A DNA stretch of 64,000 nt, from contig NC_043002.1 in assembly GCF_006345805.1 (NCBI RefSeq), positions 88,226,001 through 88,290,000 of the forward strand, given 5' to 3'. Every line of letters starts with the position of its first letter. Position 1 is the first letter of the stretch. This DNA comes from Octopus sinensis. Its lineage: Eukaryota. Shown one piece after another: positions 53,236 through 64,000 of the stretch. The position numbers and the translations under genes were made by a program. Below the pieces are notes generated by a model, which worked only from the letters and a program-made list of their open reading frames with translations, was not told the origin of the DNA and ran no database searches.

Positions 53236-53478
53236 GTGTGTGTGTGCGTGTGTGCATGTATGTACACACATTATAATAAAATTTCTGTAAATTTACAATC
53301 CTATTTTCAGGTCACAGTTCCACATATACTGTTTTGTGAGTGGAACAGAACCAGGAAGCAGAAATATGTTATAAGTTATCATTCATTTCAGCATAAAAGG
53401 TTTTGTTGATGAAAAAAAAAAAAATTATGTAGAAAAAAAAGAAAATACTTAAAGAAAACAATATTGAAATACACTTAC

Positions 53479-53581
53479 ATATAAAAAGTCTGCTATCAGC
53501 ATTTGGATATTTTGCAATGAGGCTTTGAACAATAAAAATGGCTGGATCTTGTTCATTTTGAACACAAAATAAAAGTTCATA
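53479..53581 (-). CDS. UGCG: Ceramide glucosyltransferase, exon 3 (103 nt, phase 0-1)
   Basis: ttctacag acceptor and gtaagt donor; YELLFCVQNEQDPAIFIVQSLIAKYPNADSRLFI, with the D92-equivalent in DPAI conserved. Confidence 0.96.
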
Positions 53582-55565
53582 CTGTAGAAAGAAGAAAAAT
53601 AATACATCAGATAATGGTGCAAAATCAAAATGTCATGGCACAACGTAGCTTCTAGCTAAAATACAGCTTACTGATTTTATTACTATAATCCATTTTTGTA
53701 AATTTTACCTAGTTGACAGGAAAGGTGTTGATTTCACTTAATGATTTTCAGAAATAAGCAAAATTTTAAGAGTTATGTACAAGCAAGTTTTCAGTGCAGA
53801 CAATAAAACATCTGATTTAAAATAGGAGCAATTTTTGATGATTTTCTTTTTTAAATTATGGAGAGCAACTTCCAAACAGTATTTTACAATATACATACCA
53901 ACGTGTATGTGTGTGGAAAGCTAAGAACCAAAAATATGTGAATAGAAAAATAAGTTTATCCATCTAAAAACAGGTTTACTGTGGAAGTTAACTTTAAAAT
54001 TTTGGTACAAAATTCTAAAACAAAATATTTTAATTTTTTACAGCTAAAACCTATAAATTCTAATATCTACATGGGCGCTTGTCAAAAATAATTTACCAAT
54101 AGTTGCTTTGTCTAACTTCAGTTAAAATAATGTTGGTGTACACAAAAATGAAAATTAACCTTACAATTAAGAAAAAAAGTTATCAGTCATGAATGAGCAA
54201 AGGTTGCAAACCAGCCAGGTTTCATGAAAATTAGCCAAATAAAATTTTACATTCAGTTTCATATATTGGTGTATCAGCAATCAAACACTTCTGGTTATGA
54301 AACAAATATGCCAGTTCTTTACTTTAACAATACAGCTACCAATTCCAGAGTAATCTATACTAAGCTTTAATAAAACATCAATTATTATTAATCTCCCAAA
54401 AATTATATTTTCCCAATCCACCAAAACAAACATAATACAGTCAAATCAATAATCAATGATGAAATTAAAGACCTAAACAGTAAAGAGAACTTCTAAATAT
54501 AACATAGCTATCTTAACATATAATCATAAATATATGGGAATATATGTGTGGGTGTGCACACAGCTGTTGCAAAGACTAGTTTTGAATCAATAGTTCCATA
54601 AATGTTAATGAAAAGGAGCGAGTAGAAATTATAGTCTATTTAGACATTGTGCTAAAAGCTGTGTCTACAATAGAGTAAAGAAGTTGAAGGGTTTTGTGAA
54701 GAGAGCTGAAAGGGTTTGACAGAAAAGTTTCAGGATACCATCAGATGCTATTCTTTTACTAGGTTCCATAGGGAAGGAGAGGCAAATAAATGAAAAATGT
54801 ATGTTTAGAGGTAAGAGTATACAGCAGCTTTCTATGTGAGAGTCCAACCAGTAGAGTATATGGGTTAAGGAGTACCATATAGAATTCAGCAAAACACGAA
54901 TACCCAGCAGCAGCTTAGCACATTGTGTAACTGTGTGCTGTGTATCAAAGAATGTGCTTTGCTCTTTACATATTTAATATAAATTTTGCTTTGAATGGTT
55001 CTCATTTTGTAATAATGATTTCTTTCAGGCTATGTTTTATAATTTATCTGTCAGCAGCACAACCTCTGGTAAATTATTTAAGGTAAGTCGGGATAAGGAA
55101 TTTGGTAGGTCATAACTCAGTGGATTGATACCAATATCTGTTGCCTTGGATATAGAAGTGAAATTAATTTACTGCTTTGAATAATCAAAATAAAACTGGA
55201 GAAGTTTTAATTGATTAGCAGGCTTGACAGACCTGTGGACTTGAGGCCACTATATTTTAATACAGTTATATACAACAGTAAAATCCATATAGGTCTTTAC
55301 ATTTAGATATCTGCATGAAATGGTGAAACATTACAGCTATGTGCCTTTTGTTGTCCCTAACCATTTTACATGCATGGGTAATTTTATAGGCATGGCTGTA
55401 TAGTTAAGAAGCTTGTTTTACAACCACATAGTTCTGACATAAAAGCAAATGATCAAAGCTAGACTGTTGATTCAATATGCTAAAGTATTAACCTACTGTT
55501 TAGGTTTTTTCACAAACTTCATAACCAAAGATATATCAATATGTAATTAACAATATTCAGAAACA

Positions 55566-55969
55566 GGTGTAGGAGTGGCTGTGTGGTATGTAGCTTGCTT
55601 ACAAACCACATGGTTCCGGGTTCATTCCCACTGTGTGGCACCTTGGGCAAGTGTCTTCTACTATAGTCTCAGGCCAACCAAAGCCTTGTGAGTGAATTTG
55701 GTAGATGGAAACTGAAAGGAGCCTGTCGTATATATGTATAATATATATATGTGTGTGTATATGTTTGTGTGTGTTTTTGTACTCGCCAACATCGCTTGAC
55801 AACCGATGCTGATGTGTTTACGTCCCCGTAACTTAGCGGTTCGGCAAAAGAGACCGATAGAATAAGTACTAGGCTTACAAAGAATAAGTCCTGGGGGTCA
55901 ACTTGCTTGACTAAAGGCGGTGCTCCAGCATGGCCACAGTGAAATGACTGAAACAAGTAAAAGAGTAAA
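55566..55969 (+). mobile_element. SINE family B copy (UGCG intron 2)
   Basis: Same family sequence. Confidence 0.88.
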
Positions 55970-56816
55970 CATAGTAGAAGTTTTGCTATTAGACCTAAAG
56001 TGAGCCTAACCACCGGTTTGTCTCCAATCAAAACTTTTCAGCTAATAGTTACAAAATCTTAAATATTTCAATATACTTATAGCTGTCTCATTTCTAAATA
56101 GTGAGGCTTAAACAAATTAAACGATAAAATGTCCATCAGCTTGACAAGTTATTAAACTGAATTTTACAGCTATTTGTCTCTTCCAGAAGTTTTCAACACG
56201 GTCAATGTTTCATTTAAAACAAATTATTCTATAACAGAAGAGCATAGTAGGAAATGTATGTAAATATATATATAAAAAAAAACTAGGAATTTAGTGATAC
56301 CCTAAAATACTAACTTGATGTATTTTTAAGTTAGATGAATCTTGTCAATCATTAGAGTCACTAGGGATACTAAAAATGTTCTTATTTATTCAGTGTATCC
56401 AGAGGAAATCAGCCAAATAGAGCCACCCTCTCTCTCTCCCTCCCTAAGACAATATGAGCTCACAGTGTCATATTCATTAACCCTATATTGTTCCTCTACA
56501 CATAGCAATACGCCCTCTGCCATAGTATCTAGATGTAGATAAGTAGACTTAGGCAAAATAAAAGATAAATGTCAGGATATGAACTGTTGACTCCCAAACT
56601 TGATAAAACATGATCTTTTAGTTCAATGCACCTAGCTACATTGTCCAATATCCCGTATACCACAAGTACAATGAATAATATTCACTGCACATGAAAATAA
56701 TAGTTTAGCATATGTATGTAAATGGGATTATTTTACAGACAAACTTTTTATATTATGGAGATGTACTTGCATAGCAAGTGATTTGATCTGAGATCGTGTG
56801 CTGAAATGAAAACAAG

Positions 56817-57013
56817 TGCAGCGTGGAAGGTGTTTGTAAGCCATTTAAGAAACACACAAAAGCCGTTCGATTCACTTCAACATTTAAGTTTAATTTGTCA
56901 AAATATTTTCGTCACTTTAAGACCGCGACCTGTTCACTGACAAAAATCCGTGAAGTGAATCGAACGGCTTTTGTGTGTTTCTTAAATGGCTTACAAACAC
57001 CTTCCACACTGCA
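56817..57013. repeat. 63-bp near-perfect inverted repeat (62/63) with 71-nt spacer
   Basis: Arms 56817-56879 and 56951-57013 are reverse complements with one mismatch. Confidence 0.95.
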
Positions 57014-57039
57014 AACTTTTTATAATTTGGTTATTACAA

Positions 57040-57399
57040 TCTCTATATATATAAACGGCAAAATGTCTGCGTGTGTGTCCTTTATACAAATCCACAATTT
57101 TTCAGAGGGCTCGCACTTTCTATGGTCATTCAAAACCATCCAAGGGTGGTCATGCACATCTTTACATTTCCCCAGTCAACCCACATAGCCATTAAAAAAT
57201 CAATAGAAGTGACTTTTTTGTGAATTTTCTATCCAAAAACCAATCAAAATGCTCGAAACTTGATACACCAGTTGAATGCCAGCTAGCTGTATGTGACTGG
57301 TCGGAGATTTGGACAGTACTCGCGTGTGTGTGCGCACGCACGCAGCTGTATATGCATGCACTAGCACTATGACCCCGCAACGCAGAGTCATAGCGCTAG
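57040..57399 (+). mobile_element. Complete 360-bp non-autonomous Helitron
   Basis: A|TC 5' end, CTAG|T 3' end (A-T insertion site, no TSD), hairpin ctatgac...gtcatag at 57367-57393. Confidence 0.82.
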
Positions 57400-58086
57400 T
57401 TATCTTATAAAACTGCTTTCTGAACAATAACAATTTGAACCGTTTCAACAATCTTTAAAGATAAAAATAACAACAACTACAAACACTAGCTTCAAAGTTA
57501 TGTTTACGCCAGTATTATTGATAAGTCAACTTTGATCAACTACAGAAGTGTCCTAAATTTCAGGAGATAAAATTCAGTCAAAAACTAAACCTCAACCAAA
57601 TTTGTTGACTCTATGAAGATTTATTCTAGAACTTATTGTGCAAATATTTATTACTCATTGTTCCTCATTAATTAACACAGCAGAGAAAAAATTGGTTTAT
57701 CATATTCACAAAAGGACAAATCTTGAGGAAAAGGAAACAAGATTTTGAGGGAAAGGCAACAGAATGCATGCAGTCATTTCTATAAAACAAAGGAATTTGA
57801 TGGTTAACTACAAAAATACCACAAATATCAATCAATACCAAGTATCATATTAAAGTATGCAAATTACTAATTTTGTCAATATAATATTAGTCATAGCACA
57901 AGCACTGGATAAGTAGCTTGGCACTACATTAAAGTCCTTCCTTGCAGACTGACAGTTGTATTACTAGAGCCAACTCAAGAGGAAAAGGAAACATATTTTC
58001 TTATTGATTGCTGAGTATTTTACTTTAATAGTTTGTGCAAATATCTGTTTACATCTGACTCATACACATAAGGTGTGTGTATGTGT

Positions 58087-58136
<50 letters not shown>

Positions 58137-58138
<2 letters not shown>

Positions 58139-58546
58139 ATCTTTTCGGTTTGAACGGCAGTTTTTTCTAGCAGTGTCATATGAAATTGTCACCCATAATT
58201 ATGACCCTAGTATCGATCTATTGCATTTCAATCTATTTTAGGGTTAGGGTTAGTTAGGGTTAGTGGGAAGGGTATTATTTTTTTCTTCACAAATGTAAAT
58301 AAACCCAATCTGTTTTTTAAACGAGGGACATATTCATACAGCACAGAATGTTGTTTACCTCAATGGACATCAGTGATTGGTTGAAATTGAAGGAAAAAAC
58401 AACAAATATCTTACAAACTATAGAATTTTCTCAATAAAGCCAAGAGAAAAAGATGTTTTATAAACACATTCTACCAGTATACGAAGTTTAAAATTTTTTA
58501 GTTACCTAGAAATTATGTTAAAAACTGCCATTCAAACTGAAAAGAT

Positions 58547-58548
<2 letters not shown>
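58137..58548 (-). mobile_element. 412-bp MITE, copy 3 (inverted), inserted in a (TA)n array in UGCG intron 2
   Basis: Reverse complement of copies 1 and 2; flanked by ATATATAT on both sides. Confidence 0.9.
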
Positions 58549-58587
<39 letters not shown>

Positions 58588-59059
58588 CATACATACATAC
58601 ATACATACATACATACATACACACACACTAGTGGTTAAAACTTTAATTTAATACAGTTTTGAATATCTTAAATCAATCTTGGTCTTGTATAACCTGCTAC
58701 GGTACTAACCAATCAAACACTGGACAACGATACACAGAGCTAAACATACCTAGTGAACTGAATTCAACTGAACCATTTTCCAGTTACATTCTTTGAGATT
58801 GTATTGTCTACATTGGTTCACTATCCAAGGTTGTAAGGACTTAAGTAAATAGAGGTTCAATAACTATGTATCCACAGCAGTGAAAATATACAGTCAGATA
58901 CTGTTCTTAATGTTAATCTTGGTAAGGAGTAGGGACAATGAAAAATGTTAAAGCTGCAATCTACACTAATTATAGAAAAGAATAATATTCTATAAATATA
59001 TCAAACTAATTAGTTTCCTTTGTTCATTTAATGTCTGTTTTCCATGCTAGCATGAGTTT

Positions 59060-59295
59060 GTATATATAGATATATATTTATTTATATATACACACATACA
59101 TATATATGTTTATATATTATATATATATGTGTGTATGTGTATATATATATGTATATATACGCACACGAATACAGGTGCATATATATATGTAAATATATAC
59201 ATATATATATGTGTGTGTTTATACATATATATATATTTAGATATGTATATGTATTCATATACAAACATACTTATATATGTATATATATATCTATG
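59060..59295. repeat. Complex TA/CA/TG low-complexity tract
   Basis: Direct reading. Confidence 0.9.
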
Positions 59296-60701
59296 ATTGT
59301 ATGTATAGGGAATAATGTTGAGGCAAAATTCTACAACTAGATGCACTTCATATCACTAATACCTGCTTTCAAGCATGGCATTTTTTTGTTTTTTATTCCA
59401 GAGGTCTTTGAAAGCACAAAGCAACCAGTCATGATGTCAACAAGAAATATCGCAATCTGCACTGGCTTACTCAAGTGGTGGCAAAATGGAGTATCAACAT
59501 TCAGGCACATTCATTAACGCATTGGCTTTCTGCCATTTCCATCTACCTAATATCCTCCAAAGGCAGCCCAGGGTTTTAGTAGAAGACAGTCAAGGTGCCA
59601 TACTGTGGGATCGATGCCAAAGCCACATGGCTGCAAAGTAAACTTAACACACAGCCAAACTACTTAAAAGATCTATGTTTAGTTTTTTAACTAGAGTATT
59701 TGAGCAAACATGCAAAATAAACAAAAGAGATAAATATGGGATATTAGTGGTAGATCTTTTCATCTCAGTACACATTTATTTATAAGGAAATATAAAAATA
59801 TACCTTACAAGAATTTTTTTTAATCCAAAAAAAAAAAATCAATTAGTTAAGTTGTATTCTTATATTCTTTTACTGATTTTCATCAATTGATCTGACATGC
59901 TGCTGTGCTGCCTTCAAGATTTTTTACTTAATCATACTGAACTTTGTATTTATTTCACTTTGGTACTTATGTTAGCATCATCTTGGAAACGTAAATTATA
60001 GGGGATTCTTAAGTCTCGTCTTGATGGAGACGTCTAGTGCCAGTGACACTTCATCTAGCCAATGCTGTAAGGTTGGTGATAAGAAAGGCAGCCACTTATA
60101 AATACCATTCTAAAAATAACATGACATATATAACAAAATTAGAAGATTCTCTCCGTGAGCCAAATCACAAAGGACTGCAATAAGTGTGTTACCAGCTTAA
60201 CCAATGCCAGCATGAAAACATGTAAAACACACACACAAAATTGTGGGCTATCTCAGTTTCCACTGACAAAATTCCATTTATAAGAGATTGGTCAACCAAA
60301 TGCTAAAATAGAAGACACTATCCAAGGTGGTAAGGAGGACACTTGCTCACAGCACCACACCGTGAGATTGAAACTAGAACCATATGGTTATGAAGCAAAC
60401 TTCTAAACCACAGTGTCATGAGAGAAGGTTACACAATCCCTTTATCTGCCTGTTCTCCTGATCAATTGATTTCAATTTGGCTTTCATGGTTAATTACCAA
60501 ACTCCAACAGTCCTGTATTCAACAATTCAGCTATAATTCCCAAGCACACCAATATATATCCATTACTACTGAAAAACATCCAAGCTATGATGATTTTTTT
60601 TTTTTTATTTTAAATACAACTTTTGTACAGAACTTGTTTCTTTTACCAATCTATTAATCTTGGTTCTGAAGAAATCAAAATAAGGCCCTGAATAGCTTTA
60701 A

Positions 60702-61779
60702 CCCTTTCGTTACTATATTTCTGACCAAAATACACCCCTTATGTGTTTCAATTAATTTCTAACATAATCATAAATTTAGTCTGGTTTCATTAAACAACTA
60801 TAACTTTTTTATTTATGAATATATTAACGTGAATTTTGGAAGATAATTTAATGAAATGTTCTCAACCAATTCTATACTATAATTTTTGTCACAAAGTGAC
60901 TCTAATTGCAGGTAGATACAGGTAAATTCAACAAAATATAAAATTATTAAAATTCTGTTCAAACATCGCTATAGAAAATGGGTTATTAGCTAATATTCAA
61001 TTGGGTATACAACAAAATTTTACGATAGAATTTGTTATTCTGGGTAACTTTCTGATACCCATAATAATATTTATGGCAAAATAGGCCTTAATTTTATTTA
61101 AGGTTGTGGGAAATAACAAACTATCCTTTCTTTCGCTTTGTTTACGTTTAGCGTAACGGTTCGTTTCCACCGTAATGATTTCAAATAGGCTCATTCGAAA
61201 AAGTAAAATGAAATAGTTTAAGGCTTTACTCTTCTGGGAAAGTCTGTGGCTTGGTCCAGTTTCTTCAGAAAAATCACCGAAAGAAACAGTTTTTAAATTT
61301 TCACTCCATTCAGATGCCAATTCCTTTTCTTTATCGCTGTCGGAGCTTTCGGATTCACTGTTTTCACTTTCGGAAAATGAAACATCAGATTCATTATCAA
61401 ATACCACGTGCTTTTTTTTTTTCAGTCATAGAGTTAGATTTATGAAGGTCTTCAGTAGAAAATCCTTCGAATTCTGACTCGCTGCTTGATATAATGAAAT
61501 TCGTATCCATTTTTTGTCAGAATTACAAATTTTGAAAACACAATAGGAACAAATTTTGGAAAAAAATCTCCCAAAATTCACGGAATTAAAATTACACTTC
61601 GATTGTTGTACAAAACTGTAGTTGAACTGTTTACGAAATATAATACGTGTTTTCACGAAAGTACTAAAGAGATTTGCTCTGATATTCTCATTTAAATATG
61701 AATAGGTAAATTCGGGCGGTTTTGTCACATTAACCAAAATTTTTTTCGGGCGGCTTTGGGCGGTTTGGTATCGAAAGGG
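60702..61779 (-). mobile_element. Internally deleted piggyBac element (1078 bp) with transposase N-terminal remnant (ATG at 61510)
   Basis: TTAA TSDs, TIR CCCTTTCG(T/A)TAC, MDTNFIISSSESEFEGF...LFEIITVETNRYAK...KIKAYFAINIIMGIRKLPRI; breaks off near 61030. Confidence 0.88.
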
Positions 61780-62171
61780 TTAAATTATGAAACACAAACT
61801 GAAGACTTTTTTTTCTTACTTTATTTTCAATGTTTATGACATTCTATAATTAAGAAAAAAAAAGAGTGTTTAAAAAAATCTGAGTGCTTTATAACTAGAC
61901 AGTAACATTCTAGGTATGGAACTTTTCTTTTTACCTAGAATAACTACTATACAATAATTCTAGCACTATTTTGAGGTCAACATTTGTGCAAAAGGAAATC
62001 CTACTCTTATCACACCTTAATACGAAAGGTGAATGGACAGTCAAGGAAAGAGTCATTTTGTGTAATCAAAAAGTATGCATTGGCATTATAAAATGTCATT
62101 TTACAAAATTTAAAAAAGAAAGACAAAAAAGAGAAACAAAAACATTGACAAAAATCAAATGTCATACTTAC

Positions 62172-62310
62172 AAGAGGATAATTCAAATTGAAAAATGTTT
62201 CTAAATTACTGTAAAGATGAGGATCAACTCCAGTTAAGGGTTTAATTATGGACACACCCTGTAGGTCTTCAGGTGATGGTGGTTCATTGGGCCGATGTAG
62301 TCGCCATTTG
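62172..62310 (-). CDS. UGCG: Ceramide glucosyltransferase, exon 2 (139 nt, phase 2-0)
   Basis: cttccag acceptor and gtaagt donor; encodes [46 protein letters not shown], matching the UGCG motif GVSLLKPLKGVDPNL..NLETFF.LDYP. Confidence 0.96.
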
Positions 62311-64000
62311 CTGGAAGAAGACAAAACAGATTTATTAGTGTAAGAGAGACAACAGCTAAAATTATACAGGTCTTGATTTACCTTTTGTAAATTTGAAATA
62401 CGATTTATACTACCATCACTATTAGAGCACCCTAAAACCACATGGAAAAGGACCATTGACAAGGAAAGGAGATGAGAAGGGCGGAAAAGCTAGAATGAGA
62501 CCAGAATAGTGGCAGAGAACCAGAGATGGTTGGAGAGATTATGTTACAGTCTTATGTACCTATTGGTACAGAGAACTAACTAACTAATATTCATTTAAAC
62601 ATTTGAATTTTCAAAATCTGATTTACAATGGATGAAAACTAAGCATCAAATATTTAGAGAAAAACAGTAAATGAATTAATCTGCTTACTGAAATTCAATG
62701 AGAAATTGATGCAGTTTTATGAAAAACTAGCAACACCTCAAAAATAAGCTTAGTTAGTTTTTTTTAGAAACTATTATGAGAATTTAACTTTAAAGATTCT
62801 AAAACTACCACAAAAATTATACAAATTATAATCATTAACAAAAAAATTCTAGATATCTGCAAGAATACAGAGGTTAGTTTTCATAGAACAGTGGAATCAT
62901 ACATATAAAAGAAGCTATCCTAATCACTCATTTAGAAATAACCTTAATAAACAGCTGTAAACAGCTTTCATTCTAAAAGTTGACTGGTCAATTTAGATAG
63001 TGGTCATTCCACCCAGTCTTACTACACTGTGATCCTACTGTCATAACAGTTTTGGTAATGTTTATATTTTCAAAAGTAGAGTTCTTATTATTACATTAGA
63101 ACGTTCCCTTTCATTTATATAAATGTGACTGCCATCAATATTTCATAGAAATTGTGAAAATGCAATCCACAAACAATTTCCTAAAAGCAATAAGACAGCA
63201 TACTCCAAGACATTAATACTGATAAATAAGACATTATACTCTGTGAGTACCTATTCATACTGATAAAGCATCATTCTGTGACATGCCTATTTATATTGCT
63301 AAATAAGGACTTATTATTTTGAAATCATAATCAAGATTACTTATAATATAAACAGGTACTTTTGTAAGTATCAGATAGATATCAAAATTCAGAACTTACG
63401 AATTACCCAAATTATAATACAAAATTTTGAAAATAAGATCCTGAGTAGCTTTAAACTTTATGAAGTACAAATTGTAGATTTTTTTTTCCTGTTTTGTTTT
63501 CAATGCTTATGACATTCAATGACGAAAGGGAGGGGTCATTTTTTTGTTTTTTTTTTAATTATCAGGTTTGTGCTTCATAAATAGATAGTAACCTATTTGG
63601 TACTCAACTTTATAATGGGTGTGGTATCTACTTTTCGTCTCACCTAGAATAGCTAGTACACATTAACTTTCAACTTAACATTTGTTAATTAAAATATCTA
63701 AAACAGTTACACTGGAAGTAATTTATTATAATAGATTTCATGTTATGTCTGTACAGCATTATTAAGTATTGTACACGTGTAAAATAATATCAATAGAAAC
63801 GTGTACAATAATAGGTGTATATTTTACTAGATTACCAGATTTTATAATACGGATTATCAATACAATTAGAAATAAATAAAAAAACAAATTGACCTACATC
63901 TATGCCAAACACAGATTCAATTCATAAGCTTAATATTAAGCTGTAGGTTTTGTATTATCAAGCAGAAATGATAAGTCCACCCTTTGACTATAGTGGATAA

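Noticed and set aside
61405-61430. Programmed -1 frameshift at the A11G run in the piggyBac ORF
   Set aside because: Restoring the frame needs +1 (or -2), not -1; a homopolymer slip or sequencing error is simpler.
62010-62462. 150-aa ORF as the true UGCG N-terminus
   Set aside because: Only 62310-62172 matches UGCG and it is bounded by canonical splice sites; the flanks are intronic. Exon 1 was not found in 62311-64000.

Overview
AT-rich eukaryotic genomic DNA, almost certainly from an octopod cephalopod (Octopus sp.; inferred from the characteristic tRNA-derived SINE families, not from a database search). Two convergent multi-exon genes are visible. (1) Minus strand: ceramide glucosyltransferase (UGCG), exons 2-9 (62310 down to stop at 34929). 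All splice sites are GT-AG and phase-compatible. Exon 1 (N-terminal transmembrane segment) was not found and probably lies beyond 64000. (2) Plus strand: the 3' part of an RGS-domain gene of the RGS22/RGSL1 type (clear exons 171-5658, uncertain tail to about 11.7 kb). The rest is a dense mosaic of SINEs (three families), LINE relics (CR1, R4/Dong-like, RTE, Penelope), DNA transposons (mariner, Tigger/pogo, hAT-Charlie, piggyBac, non-autonomous Helitrons, a three-copy MITE with 8-bp TSDs carrying telomeric repeats) and microsatellites. No rRNA, bona fide tRNA gene or CRISPR array is supported. I did not find a clearly new biological system. Best leads: unusual substitutions at conserved UGCG positions (His193-equivalent to Gln; NPK to NGK), strong dsRNA-forming structures in UGCG introns, the telomere-repeat-carrying MITE family, a possible ~8.8-kb 3' UTR, and a CpG-rich promoter-like region with an RFX X-box lying between two convergent genes.
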